The position numbers were made by a program, and so were the translations under genes. The notes under the pieces were generated by a model. The model worked only from the letters and a program-made list of their open reading frames with translations, was not told where the DNA came from and made no database searches. From assembly GCA_964577555.1 (NCBI GenBank), contig CAZNZM010000002.1, forward strand, positions 11,741 to 75,740: a stretch of DNA of 64,000 nucleotides, given 5' to 3'. The DNA comes from an uncultured archaeon (GTDB lineage Archaea; Iainarchaeota; Iainarchaeia; Iainarchaeales; Iainarchaeaceae). Of the stretch, positions 1 to 9,143 are shown in pieces (position 1 is the first letter of the stretch; the number at the start of each line of letters is the position of its first letter).

Positions 1-2143
1 AGGTCCATCGGCAAGTTCTTATCAAGCAACTTTCCAATTATTGGATAGCGAGGGCAATATAATTGATGTCCAAACAGTAGGCTCTGGAAACAATTTGAGG
101 GATTACTTCAAGGACAGCAAAGACGATTATGCTCTCTCAAGCAATGTGTATATTGATACAATTGCAACAGGTGCAACATCAGGCGCTGGCTATGTTGAAG
201 TAACCAAAGGCTCTGATACGCTTGAACTTTGGGATACTAAAATCTACCCATACAAGAGCGACTATACAGGGACAAAACCTTATTCGGTTTCAATAGGCAC
301 TAATGATAACTATTTGAAGTCAATCAAAATTGTGAACACTGCTGAGAAGTGGGAAGAAACCAAAACAGGTTATGACCTTGGTGCTCTTTACCCTACCAAC
401 TCTGGCCAGTCCTTGACCGGCAAAACAGGAACAACAGCAGTATTTGGGCAATCTTGGCCTGATGGAACCCTTGGAAAAGGTTACTTCAAGGTTGAGTTCC
501 TCGGATTCCAAGGAAGCGAGGAAAGAACAACCACTATGATTGGCAAGTCAACTGAAAATCTGCCATCAGGTTCAACTGGTGGAATAACATTGTATGCCGA
601 CGACGACACCAAAATGGAAATTCCGTTCTACATCCAAGTTGATGATTCAAACGGCTCGTTTGAATTCATGCAAAAACCATATTCAGTGTTTTATGACTTT
701 GGTTCAGGCGGAAAAACAGGGACTTACGACGTGAACGTTGTTGTCACATCAGGCGACTACGTGAACGGCAGACAGTGGACGGTTTCAGCTGATACTATTG
801 GCTCTGCTGACGTTAACATAACTGTTGGTTCTACCACCCACAGTAATAAACAAACAGGCTTTATTTTCCAAGTCGAAGATGTAAATTATATGATAGTAGA
901 TGCTAACACAGCGACTAACAAGACAACAATCGCTGTTGACACCGCTGTTGAGTTGTTCTATGGTAATGTGTCTGATGACGCGAGTTCAAAGAATGCGGCT
1001 ACTGCTGTATTCAACACAACCAGTGGAACATATCAAACAAAAGGGGCTTATGGTAGAATCCTTTTGTCAAACAATGCAGCGTTTGACATAAATGGAACTA
1101 CTGTTGGTCTTTACGGCACCGACAACCAAAGAAAGATTTATTACGTGCCAAAGTATAACGGCAACGACTTTTACTTGTTGCTTGAGGCACAGCAATTAAA
1201 CAAAGACAAGTCAGGGCTACAAAATGGCCATAACTTGTACTTCTTGGGTACAAGCTTGCCGGTAGATACTTCATATACTGAAGTAAAAGGCGTATCCGCC
1301 AACTATTATTTAGGTAACATTGGTGGTGACACAACTTTAGGCTCTACTGCAAGGCAATACGGCTATTATGTGCCTAAAACAACTGACTTCAATTCAGCAG
1401 CTGCATACTCTGCAAGCGACGCATACTTCGTTGCAGAATTCAGATACATTAGCGCTATAACAAGCGATTCAAACACAGACATATACATCGATACTTCGAA
1501 GGGAGCACCTCTCGGTACATTCCCGATACAGAACTTGACAGGATACTCTAGCGCAGTAAGTTATAATTCTGACGCTATTGTATTAAAGCCTGGTTCCGAT
1601 GCGGCTTACTTCCAATCGATGTATACGGATTCAGGCTCTAAATTTTCAGTGACCAACGACGACGTCACTTTGAGTTCGCCTCAAAGAGCGGAAAAAGTTG
1701 AAGTTGTTGTCTACGGCACTGAATTGCAGAGAACTGTTGAAGGCGAAAAAGTCAGTTTGAAAGAAGGTGAAACAAAAGAATTGCCTTCAGGCACAAAGGT
1801 GACTTTCAGCGGAGTCAAGGGAGGAGCTTGTAAAGTAAGCGCAGGCGAACCTGGACAACCAGGTATTTGTAAAGCGGAACCATCTTCTTACGTTGTTCCG
1901 GCTCCAATTAGAGGAAACCTCGTATTCCTTGACACGGAAAGCCCGGCAGGAACCAACATAATTGTTGGTGGTTGGGCAGTCAACAAAATGGCTGAAAAAA
2001 CCAAGTCAAAGCTCGTAGCAGCAGGCGACATGGTTGCCGAAGTTGACGCAGCAAGCGGCGACATATACGTTGCAGGCTATACTGCTGAAGACACCGGAAG
2101 GGCAGTAAAAGAACTCATAGACGCAATAGATGCATTGCAATGA
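1..2143 (+). CDS. Large T/S/N/G-rich extracellular or cell-surface protein (S-layer-like). C-terminal part only; the frame is open to the window start.
   Basis: The ORF frame has no stop from position 2. The protein is low in charged residues and rich in Thr/Ser/Gly/Asn/Tyr beta-type segments. A Cys pair lies near the C-terminus. There are no catalytic motifs. Confidence 0.4.
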   Translation, partial: GPSASSYQATFQLLDSEGNIIDVQTVGSGNNLRDYFKDSKDDYALSSNVYIDTIATGATSGAGYVEVTKGSDTLELWDTKIYPYKSDYTGTKPYSVSIGTNDNYLKSIKIVNTAEKWEETKTGYDLGALYPTNSGQSLTGKTGTTAVFGQSWPDGTLGKGYFKVEFLGFQGSEERTTTMIGKSTENLPSGSTGGITLYADDDTKMEIPFYIQVDDSNGSFEFMQKPYSVFYDFGSGGKTGTYDVNVVVTSGDYVNGRQWTVSADTIGSADVNITVGSTTHSNKQTGFIFQVEDVNYMIVDANTATNKTTIAVDTAVELFYGNVSDDASSKNAATAVFNTTSGTYQTKGAYGRILLSNNAAFDINGTTVGLYGTDNQRKIYYVPKYNGNDFYLLLEAQQLNKDKSGLQNGHNLYFLGTSLPVDTSYTEVKGVSANYYLGNIGGDTTLGSTARQYGYYVPKTTDFNSAAAYSASDAYFVAEFRYISAITSDSNTDIYIDTSKGAPLGTFPIQNLTGYSSAVSYNSDAIVLKPGSDAAYFQSMYTDSGSKFSVTNDDVTLSSPQRAEKVEVVVYGTELQRTVEGEKVSLKEGETKELPSGTKVTFSGVKGGACKVSAGEPGQPGICKAEPSSYVVPAPIRGNLVFLDTESPAGTNIIVGGWAVNKMAEKTKSKLVAAGDMVAEVDAASGDIYVAGYTAEDTGRAVKELIDAIDALQ

Positions 2144-2149
2144 AGCTGT

Positions 2150-2835
2150 TTTGCTTCATTGTAACTTATTTTTTTGGTTGCTCCTGAAAAGGAGCAATCA
2201 ACTCTTTGTTTTTTTGTGTTGGATTAAACCCTTGTTTTTCTTAATTTTTTGCAATTTTTTTTGAAATTTGTTTTATTTTTTTTGCTAGCCGTTTTTTTGT
2301 TTATTGTTTTTTTATTTTGAAAACTTGTTTTTTTTTGCAAGCTTTTTTTATCGTTTTTTTGGCATTTTTTTGTTTTTTTTTGAAGCCGATTTTTTTGTAT
2401 TTTATTTTTTGTTTGGTTTTGTTTTTGTGTGCCTAATTTTTTTTAGCCATTTATTTTTTTGTCTTTTTGCGAGTCGTTTTTTTGGTCTATTTATTTTTTT
2501 ATTTTTTTTACCAGGCATTTTTTTTGAAATTTGTTTTATTTTTTTTGTTTATTATTTTTTTGTTTTTTTAGTCAGTTTTTTTTGGCGTTTTTCTTTGTTT
2601 TTTTTTGCGAGCCGTTTTTTTTATTTTGCTTTTTTGTTGTTTGTTTTTTTTGGTGAGCCATTTTTTTGTCTTGTTTTTGCGAGCCAATTTTTTTTAGGCG
2701 TTTTTTTTGTTTTTTTAGCACAGTTTTTTTAGTTTTGATTTTTGTTTTTAGCCATTTTTTTGGGTTTTTAAGCATTTTTTTTAAGGTGTTTTTTTTTGCG
2801 GGTTTTCTTTTTTTAAGAGTTTTGGGGTGTTATTG
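2150..2835. repeat. Degenerate tandem array of the GCGAGCC(G/A)-oligo(T) repeat family. T-rich on the + strand, with an internal duplication of about 260 bp.
   Basis: Units seen directly include gctagccgttttttt, gcgagtcgttttttt, gcgagccgtttttttt, gtgagccattttttt and gcgagccaatttttttt. A 31-bp block, attttttttgaaatttgttttattttttttg, recurs at about 2259 and about 2519. Confidence 0.8.
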
Positions 2836-2839
2836 TTTG

Positions 2840-3457
2840 ATGGATTCAAAAGAAATTTACTTTTATCTTACCTTAGTTGTTGTAATTCTTATTGTGGTTT
2901 TTGGTGTTTATGTAGTGCTTAATATTGATTTTTCAGAGTATAAGCATGTTGTTGTCAAGCAGAATGTTGAGTTTGTATCTAACAGTGCAGAGCCTTCTTT
3001 AATAATTGATTCAATAAGGTCTGCTGATACTTTGGTATTTTCTCCTGCTTTTGTTGAAAGCGGGGAGGAAAATTCTTATATGGTTGAGTCTCTTACAATG
3101 TTTTCAACTGTTTTTTCCGCTAAAGGTAAGAATTTGATAGTTTTGGCAAGGGTTTTTGATTCTTCTGGCAATATGGTGTCTTGTAATTCCAATTTTGGGG
3201 ATTTGAAGAGGAACGAAGAGGTTTCTTTGGAGGATTGCAAAAAAATGTTGTCTGATAAGGATTCTGCAATTGTGCTTGTTCAATTGCCTTCTAATTCGCG
3301 AAAAGCAAGGGTTGTTTTGGAGGGCAAATCCGCTGAAATAATTTCTCCTGATATAAAGGCTGTTCCTTATGTTTCTTTTGCTTTGTTGGAAGCCATTTAT
3401 CCTGACTCTGCTAATATAATAAAAAATGTCAATTTGGCTTTGGCTGGAATGAAGTGA
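2840..3457 (+). CDS. Hypothetical membrane-anchored protein with an N-terminal TM helix.
   Basis: An ATG at 2840 is in frame with the track ORF 2666..3457. An N-terminal hydrophobic helix (LTLVVVILIVVFGVYVVL) is followed by a soluble domain. The upstream part of the track ORF is poly-T translation. Confidence 0.45.
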   Translation: MDSKEIYFYLTLVVVILIVVFGVYVVLNIDFSEYKHVVVKQNVEFVSNSAEPSLIIDSIRSADTLVFSPAFVESGEENSYMVESLTMFSTVFSAKGKNLIVLARVFDSSGNMVSCNSNFGDLKRNEEVSLEDCKKMLSDKDSAIVLVQLPSNSRKARVVLEGKSAEIISPDIKAVPYVSFALLEAIYPDSANIIKNVNLALAGMK

Positions 3458-3468
3458 GGCATTAAAAC

Positions 3469-4755
3469 ATGGTTGTTAGGCTTCGCACTATTTTAGTTTT
3501 TTTCATGATTTTTGCAATTGTTTATTTTATAGTAAAGCTTGTTTCTTTTTATTGGCTGGTTGTTTTTTTTAATATAATTCTTATTTTCATAAATAGTATT
3601 TTTTTGTTTGCGTATTTTGAAATCAAGAAGCCTAAAAAGTTTTTTTTTGATGAATGGCCTTCTGTTTCTGTAGTTATTCCTAATTATAATGGCGCAAAAA
3701 CTGTTAAAGCATGTATTGAGGCTGTTAAAAAGCTTGATTATCCTTTGAAAAAGGAAATAATTGTGGTTGATGATGGTTCAAAGGATGATTCGCTTGGCAT
3801 TATTTCAAAAATTAAGGGTATTAAAATAATTTCTTTTAAAAAGAATCGTGGAAAGTCGGCTGCGCTTAATGCGGGGATTAAAATTGCAAAAGGCGAGCTT
3901 GTTGTTACAATAGATTCTGATACTTATCCTTCTTCTGATTGTTTGATGAAAATGGTGCCTTATTTTGGCGAGGGTGTTGGGGCGGTTACTGGTTTTGTCA
4001 AGGCTCATAATGCGAGGAATTTTATTCAAAAAATCCAGGAGATAGAGTATTTGATTTCTTTTGGTTTTTTTCAGAGCGTGCTTTCTGACATAAACGCTAT
4101 TTTTGTTACTCCTGGGCCAATGAGCATTTATCGAAAAGATGTTTTGAGAAAAATAGGTGGCTTTGATGAAAATAATATTACTGAGGACATGGAGATAGCT
4201 TTTCGTTTGAGAAAGTATGGTTATAAAATCGTGGCTTGTACAGAAGCCTTTATTTTTACTGAAGTGCCTTGCACTATAAAGCAATTGTTTAAACAACGTG
4301 TGAGGTGGTATAGGGGGAAGTTTGCCAATACTTTGATTTACAAGAACATGCTTTTTAACCCTAAATATGGCGAATTTGGGCTTTTTACTTTTCCGTTTTC
4401 GGTGATAGTTGAGTGGTGTATTGTGTTGTTTATTTTTGTTTTTGTTGCTGGCAATATTGATGGTTTTGTCAATTATTTGTCTTATGTTTTTTCTTATTTG
4501 CAATTGTCCAATGTTAATGCTTTTGCTTTGTTGCCTGTTTTTACTGGTTTTAATCCTAACTTGTTTTTTTATATTATAGGCGGAGTTTTTTATTCTGTTT
4601 TTATATATTTGAGTCATTTGCTTGCAGGCGACAATTTAAGGCTTTCCAAGTTGCCTGAAATAACACTGTTTTTATTGGTTTATGGATTATTTATCCTTGT
4701 AGTCTTTTTTGTAGGTTTTTATAAGGAGATAAATAGTAGTGAAAAGATATGGTGA
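3469..4755 (+). CDS. Family 2 glycosyltransferase, processive type (cellulose/chitin-synthase-like), with C-terminal TM segments.
   Basis: It has VVIPNYNG...VVDDGS and TIDSDT (a DxD motif). QRVRWYRG matches the QxxRW signature of processive GT2 enzymes. There are multiple C-terminal hydrophobic helices. Confidence 0.75.
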   Translation: MVVRLRTILVFFMIFAIVYFIVKLVSFYWLVVFFNIILIFINSIFLFAYFEIKKPKKFFFDEWPSVSVVIPNYNGAKTVKACIEAVKKLDYPLKKEIIVVDDGSKDDSLGIISKIKGIKIISFKKNRGKSAALNAGIKIAKGELVVTIDSDTYPSSDCLMKMVPYFGEGVGAVTGFVKAHNARNFIQKIQEIEYLISFGFFQSVLSDINAIFVTPGPMSIYRKDVLRKIGGFDENNITEDMEIAFRLRKYGYKIVACTEAFIFTEVPCTIKQLFKQRVRWYRGKFANTLIYKNMLFNPKYGEFGLFTFPFSVIVEWCIVLFIFVFVAGNIDGFVNYLSYVFSYLQLSNVNAFALLPVFTGFNPNLFFYIIGGVFYSVFIYLSHLLAGDNLRLSKLPEITLFLLVYGLFILVVFFVGFYKEINSSEKIW

Positions 4756-5399
4756 ACAAGTATTTTTTGGCTATTTTGCTTACTTCCATATTGGTTTTGC
4801 TTGGTTTTTCTTTTACTCGTTGGGTTGACGAACAGCGTTTAATGGAGTTCAAAAATTCTTTTGACGAAGCTTATTTGGATTATCAAAGCGTTGAACAATT
4901 GTTGCTTTATGAATCGCTTTTTTCTGATCGGGAACATGTTTGTCCGGTTATTCGTGCAAGCATAGATTATCAAATTGGAAAGTTAAGGAAGTTGCTTTTT
5001 GAGCTTGAGGTTGCTCAAAAACAAAATGTTTTTTCAAATTTTGAGGTTCTTAAAAGAAAGTATCATTTTAACAATTTGCAATTGTATTTGCTTATTCAAA
5101 AGGCAACTGATTCTTGCGGTTATTCTGATTTGGAGCCTGTGCTTTTCTTTTATTCTGATAAAGAAAATTGTCCCGAGTGTGTTGTTCAAGGAAAGGTTTT
5201 GGATTCGCTTACTTCTAATTGTTCAAACTTAAGGGTTTTTGCTATTCCTTATGATTTTAATATTCCGCTTATTAGTGTTTTAAAAGAGAGAAATAGTGTT
5301 GTAAGGGTTCCAACTGTTATTGCTAATGATAAAAATTATGTTGGCTTGGTTTCCGGCAACAGGCTTTTGGAAGACGGACTTTATTGTCAGACGAATTAA
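4749..5399 (+). CDS. Membrane-anchored thioredoxin-like (thiol:disulfide oxidoreductase-type) protein.
   Basis: It has an N-terminal TM helix. A C-terminal CPEC (CxxC) motif is followed by a VPT cis-Pro-like motif. The start overlaps the GT2 stop (ATG 4749 versus TGA 4753-4755). Confidence 0.45.
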   Translation: MVNKYFLAILLTSILVLLGFSFTRWVDEQRLMEFKNSFDEAYLDYQSVEQLLLYESLFSDREHVCPVIRASIDYQIGKLRKLLFELEVAQKQNVFSNFEVLKRKYHFNNLQLYLLIQKATDSCGYSDLEPVLFFYSDKENCPECVVQGKVLDSLTSNCSNLRVFAIPYDFNIPLISVLKERNSVVRVPTVIANDKNYVGLVSGNRLLEDGLYCQTN

Positions 5400-5408
5400 C
5401 TTGTTTTT

Positions 5409-6683
5409 TTATTGTTTGTTTTTATTTATTGTATTTTTATCGTTTTTCATTAGTTCTCTTAGTATTGTGGTTGCGTAACCGCCTTTTTCCAGTTTGAATG
5501 AAATTTTCATTTTGAGTTTTTCTTGGTTTAGTTCGTCTTTTGTTATTTCAATTATTTTTGTTTGTTGTGGGTATATAAGCATTTTTTTTCTTGCTCCGCT
5601 GCAGCTTACTTGCATGAAGCTTTTTACTTTGAAGTCTTCTAATTTTATTTGTTCTTTTTCCAATATTTTTTTTTCAATTTCTCCGGCTTTGCCTTCTGCT
5701 AATTTTAGGTCGAATCCGAATAATGGTCCTGCCGCGTATTTTTCTTCTATAATAATGTCTCCTTCTATTGGTTCCAAACCCAATCCGGATTCTATTCTTT
5801 CGTTTATCACCATGTTGAATAAGTAGCTTTGGTACGCGTGTGTGAAAAGATAGATTAGGTGTTTTGGCATTTTTTGAAAAGCTCCAACAAAGTCATGAGG
5901 GTAGTTTGCAAGGTGATGCATTATGGTTCTTTCGTATCTGAATTTTTTTGGAAATTCGCGTAGTCCTTTTTTAAAGTCTTTGGTTTGTGCCAAGTTTTTT
6001 CTTGCTTCAAGTATTTCTTTTTCTTCTTCCGAACCATGGGTTAGGTATGTCATTATCGCTTTTTCAAAATTTCCTTTGATTAATTCTTTTCCAACCAAGT
6101 GTGTTACTTTTCTTATTCCGCCAAATCTTTGTTCTCCGAAGTAATTTGCCACTCCTTTTGTTTCCATTTCTGAAAAGCATTTTTTTGTTGTCTCTCTTAA
6201 TTCTTTTTCGTTCATTTCTATGTTTCTTATTGTAATTTCAAATTCGTTTCCTTGCAAGTCGCCTATTTGTATTGGCTTGTCTTTCCATTCAGGTTCTGTT
6301 AATGCAATGTATCTTGCTTTGAAATTTTTGAGCTTGTTTATATCAGGTTTCCAAATTGAAATTTTTTGGGATGTTATTGCTCGCCTGTCTTTTAAGCCAG
6401 CGTATCCTGTTCTTTTTGGCGAAATTCTGAGTATTCTGCCGATTCTTCTTATTGCTTCTGTTGTGTCCAAATTGAATTTTTCCATTGTGAGATGAAGGTA
6501 TTCTTTTTCGTTTTCAGGTATTTCAATTGGTTCTTGTGTTATTTCGTTGTTTTTTCCGAAGGCTTTTGTTTCAAGTTTTTTTCCTTCAAGCGTTATTTCT
6601 CTTACAATGAAATCGGAGATTCTTTTTTTTATTAAACCGCCTATCCCGTTTGTTGAAGTAGTGTAGTGTTTTATTTCAACCAT
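5409..6683 (-). CDS. truD: tRNA pseudouridine(13) synthase TruD/Pus7.
   Basis: The TruD-family motifs are present: ISDFIVREI, GYAGLKDRRAITSQ and NYFGEQRFG. Length is 424 aa. Confidence 0.8.
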   Translation of the reverse strand: MVEIKHYTTSTNGIGGLIKKRISDFIVREITLEGKKLETKAFGKNNEITQEPIEIPENEKEYLHLTMEKFNLDTTEAIRRIGRILRISPKRTGYAGLKDRRAITSQKISIWKPDINKLKNFKARYIALTEPEWKDKPIQIGDLQGNEFEITIRNIEMNEKELRETTKKCFSEMETKGVANYFGEQRFGGIRKVTHLVGKELIKGNFEKAIMTYLTHGSEEEKEILEARKNLAQTKDFKKGLREFPKKFRYERTIMHHLANYPHDFVGAFQKMPKHLIYLFTHAYQSYLFNMVINERIESGLGLEPIEGDIIIEEKYAAGPLFGFDLKLAEGKAGEIEKKILEKEQIKLEDFKVKSFMQVSCSGARKKMLIYPQQTKIIEITKDELNQEKLKMKISFKLEKGGYATTILRELMKNDKNTINKNKQ

Positions 6684-6702
6684 AAAAAATCATTTTTAAT
6701 TT

Positions 6703-7917
6703 TTATATTTTGTACCTTAAAATGGCTCCCAATCCGCCGAATCCTTTGAAAAATTGGTCTCCTTCTGGTGTTTCTGTTGAGATTGCCGCTACTTTTGTGT
6801 TTGTGTTTGCCGCCAATTCTTCTATATAGTCAATGTATTCCATTTCTTCTATTATTTCAATTTGTTCTGTTTCTTTGAATTTTTTTTCTTTGTCTACAAT
6901 GTATTTTATTCCGTTTGTTTGGTTTTCTTTGATTTTGTATACTTCCCATTCTATTCCTTCGCTTACCAATACTAGGCTTGCTTGTCCCAATTCAAGAGCT
7001 TTGAGTACTTCTTTTTCGCCGTATGTTGCTAATTCGTCTTTTGCAAGTTTTTCAAAAAAATCTGCTATTAGTTTTCTTTCTTTCATGAGGTCTGTGTCTT
7101 TTAGTACAGTTTCGCTTTTTTGTACTAGTTCTCTTATTCCTCCTTCGTCAGTGTATGATGCGTCAAGCATTGCAATTATTTTGTTTTTGAGCCTGTGGTC
7201 TAGCAAGTCTTTTTCCACAAAAAAGTTTTTTGACATTCCGGGGCCGCCTATTATTAATCCTTTGAATTTTTCTCCGTATGGCAGGAATGCAGCATTTGCT
7301 TTTTCGCTTATTCTTTTATAGAATTCTTGTTCTGCTTCTTCTCTGAGTCTTTCAAATCTTTGAGAGCTTTGTCCTCCGGCCCTTGATTTTCCGCTGTATC
7401 CTGAAGTGAATTTTCCTATTATTTCATATCTTTTGCCTATTAATGTCGCTATTGTTGCTTCGCTTTTGTCAATTGTTATTAATCCGTAAATGTTTTGTGG
7501 TTTTGACATTTCTTTTAATGGTTCAAGGTAGAATTTTGAGTCGCACCAGTATAATTTTGTTCTGAGGTCTTTTATTGGTTTTATTGTGAAAAGCCGGATG
7601 TCTGTTTTGCCTTCTGTTTCGGAAATGTTGCCGGCAAAAATCGCTATTCCGTTTTCAGGTATTTTGAAGTCTATTTGTTTGAGAAAATTTATTATTTTTC
7701 TTAATGCGGCTTGGACGTTTTTTCTTGTTGTCGGGCTTTTAATGTTTGAGCTTTGGCTTATTTCTTCTGTGAGTTGTCCCATTACTCCGCTTCTGTCTGC
7801 TTTGTTTGGAATATATACGCTTATAAGTTCTGTTCCTCTTCCTTGGTATTCTGCCATTTTTTTTAGTTTTTTTTTGAATACTATTTCTTCGCTTTGTGTT
7901 GTTTCATATTCTGGCAT
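6703..7917 (-). CDS. prf1: Peptide chain release factor aRF1 (eRF1 family).
   Basis: It has the NIKS motif (SSNIKSPTT) and the GGQ motif (RAGGQSSQRF). Length is 404 aa. Confidence 0.85.
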   Translation of the reverse strand: MPEYETTQSEEIVFKKKLKKMAEYQGRGTELISVYIPNKADRSGVMGQLTEEISQSSNIKSPTTRKNVQAALRKIINFLKQIDFKIPENGIAIFAGNISETEGKTDIRLFTIKPIKDLRTKLYWCDSKFYLEPLKEMSKPQNIYGLITIDKSEATIATLIGKRYEIIGKFTSGYSGKSRAGGQSSQRFERLREEAEQEFYKRISEKANAAFLPYGEKFKGLIIGGPGMSKNFFVEKDLLDHRLKNKIIAMLDASYTDEGGIRELVQKSETVLKDTDLMKERKLIADFFEKLAKDELATYGEKEVLKALELGQASLVLVSEGIEWEVYKIKENQTNGIKYIVDKEKKFKETEQIEIIEEMEYIDYIEELAANTNTKVAAISTETPEGDQFFKGFGGLGAILRYKI

Positions 7918-8024
7918 ATTGTTACCTTTTTATGAAAATCAGTGATTTTTCTAAGAATTATTGGTTTGCATCATTTTAATTCATTTATTGCATAAAGCTT
8001 AAATACCCAGGACGCTGTTGTCGG

Positions 8025-8175
8025 CGTGTTTCATGTTTTCATGTTTTTTTTGTTTTGGCCCGCTTTTTTTTGGGTTGTTGTTTGTTTTTTATATTTTTTT
8101 TGCAACTCATTTTTTTTTGAGTTTGTTTTTTGCAAGCCAAGTTTTTTTGAATTTATTTGTTTTTTCTTGGCTTTT
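8025..8175. repeat. GCGAGCC-oligo(T) family repeat array. T-rich on the + strand, lying between divergent genes.
   Basis: Units include ggcccgctttttttt and ttgcaagccaagttttttt, embedded in T-runs. Confidence 0.65.
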
Positions 8176-8178
8176 AGT

Positions 8179-8192
8179 AAAAGTTATATATT
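8179..8192 (+). promoter_or_regulatory. Archaeal TATA-box-like element upstream of pyrH.
   Basis: aagttatatatt lies about 30 nt upstream of the ATG at 8217, consistent with a leaderless transcript. Confidence 0.4.
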
Positions 8193-8216
8193 CTTTATTC
8201 TTAATTTTTAGGAATT

Positions 8217-9125
8217 ATGTTCGACATGTTTCAGGAGGGTGGCGAGACTTCTTCGCCTGATGCGGGTTATTTGCAGTCTTCAAATGTTTTTGTTGTTTCA
8301 ATTGGTGGCAGTATTTTGTTTGAAGAGAATGAGCCAAGCCCTGAAAAGTTCAAGGCTATTGTTGATGTTGTAACCCAATTGCATCGTTCTGGAAAGAAAA
8401 TTGTTTTGGTTGTTGGAGGTGGAAAGGTTGCAAGGCTTTATTCTGGTGTTGCAGGTTCTTTGAATTTGAATAAGTTTGAACAGGACTTGGTTGGCATAAA
8501 AGTAACGAGGCTTAATGCTTCTCTTTTGGCTGCTGCAACGCCTGACGCTCATAAAAAAGTCCTTGAAGAAATTGTTGATGCCAAGAATGTTTTGGACAAT
8601 GGGAAAATTCCTGTTTTTGGAGGCTTGGTTCCTTTTTTTACCACTGATTCTGTTGCTGCTCTTCTTGCTGAATTTCTTAATGGGGTTTTTGTGAATTTGA
8701 CTGATGTTGATGGAATTTATGATTCCAATCCAAAGGAAAATCCTGATGCCGTCATGTTTTCTGAAATATCATATTCTCGCCTTGTTTCTCTTGCAATTGC
8801 TGCAGGTTCTGCGCCGGGGCAGAATGTTGTTGTTGATATTGCGTGTGCAATGATTTTGAAAAGAAGCAAAATTCCTGCTGTTTTTTTGAATGGAAACAAT
8901 TTGGACAATTTTATGGCTTATATTAATGGCCAGTCGTTTGTTGGTACTGTTGTGAGAGATATTCCTGAAGATGTTTCAAATTCCAATTTGTCGGATGTCG
9001 GTGGTTTTCCAGATTCCGTTGTAGTGGGAAAAAAGAAGCCTAGGAAAAGGCGTTCAAAAAAACCTGTTGTCGGAAAATCCAAAGACGATTATTCACACCC
9101 TGACCCTTATCAAATTGATTTTTGA
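8217..9125 (+). CDS. pyrH: Uridylate (UMP) kinase, archaeal amino-acid-kinase family, with a basic C-terminal tail.
   Basis: VVSIGGSILF and VLVVGGGKVARLY match the aa-kinase fold. The C-terminal roughly 40 aa is KKKPRKRRSKKP-rich and is not part of the canonical enzyme. Confidence 0.7.
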   Translation: MFDMFQEGGETSSPDAGYLQSSNVFVVSIGGSILFEENEPSPEKFKAIVDVVTQLHRSGKKIVLVVGGGKVARLYSGVAGSLNLNKFEQDLVGIKVTRLNASLLAAATPDAHKKVLEEIVDAKNVLDNGKIPVFGGLVPFFTTDSVAALLAEFLNGVFVNLTDVDGIYDSNPKENPDAVMFSEISYSRLVSLAIAAGSAPGQNVVVDIACAMILKRSKIPAVFLNGNNLDNFMAYINGQSFVGTVVRDIPEDVSNSNLSDVGGFPDSVVVGKKKPRKRRSKKPVVGKSKDDYSHPDPYQIDF

Positions 9126-9143
9126 TTTTTTGGAAAGTTTTTT

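Noticed and set aside
2304-2732. Phe/Leu-rich ORFs in the track (2304-2732, 8018-8260, 10163-10546, 11108-11431, 13321-13683, 23470-23664, 23742-23960, 29663-29980, 40164-40740, 45714-45902)
   Set aside because: They are translations of poly-T repeat arrays. The composition is pure low-complexity FFFLF with no start context, and they are not genes.
3805-4617. Long antisense ORFs opposite real genes (3805-4617, 18510-19142, 19314-19958, 24050-24976, 33012-34010, 53396-54145, 54511-54981)
   Set aside because: These are shadow ORFs created by the skewed composition. The proteins are low-complexity, basic or Ser-rich, and each overlaps a strongly supported gene on the other strand.
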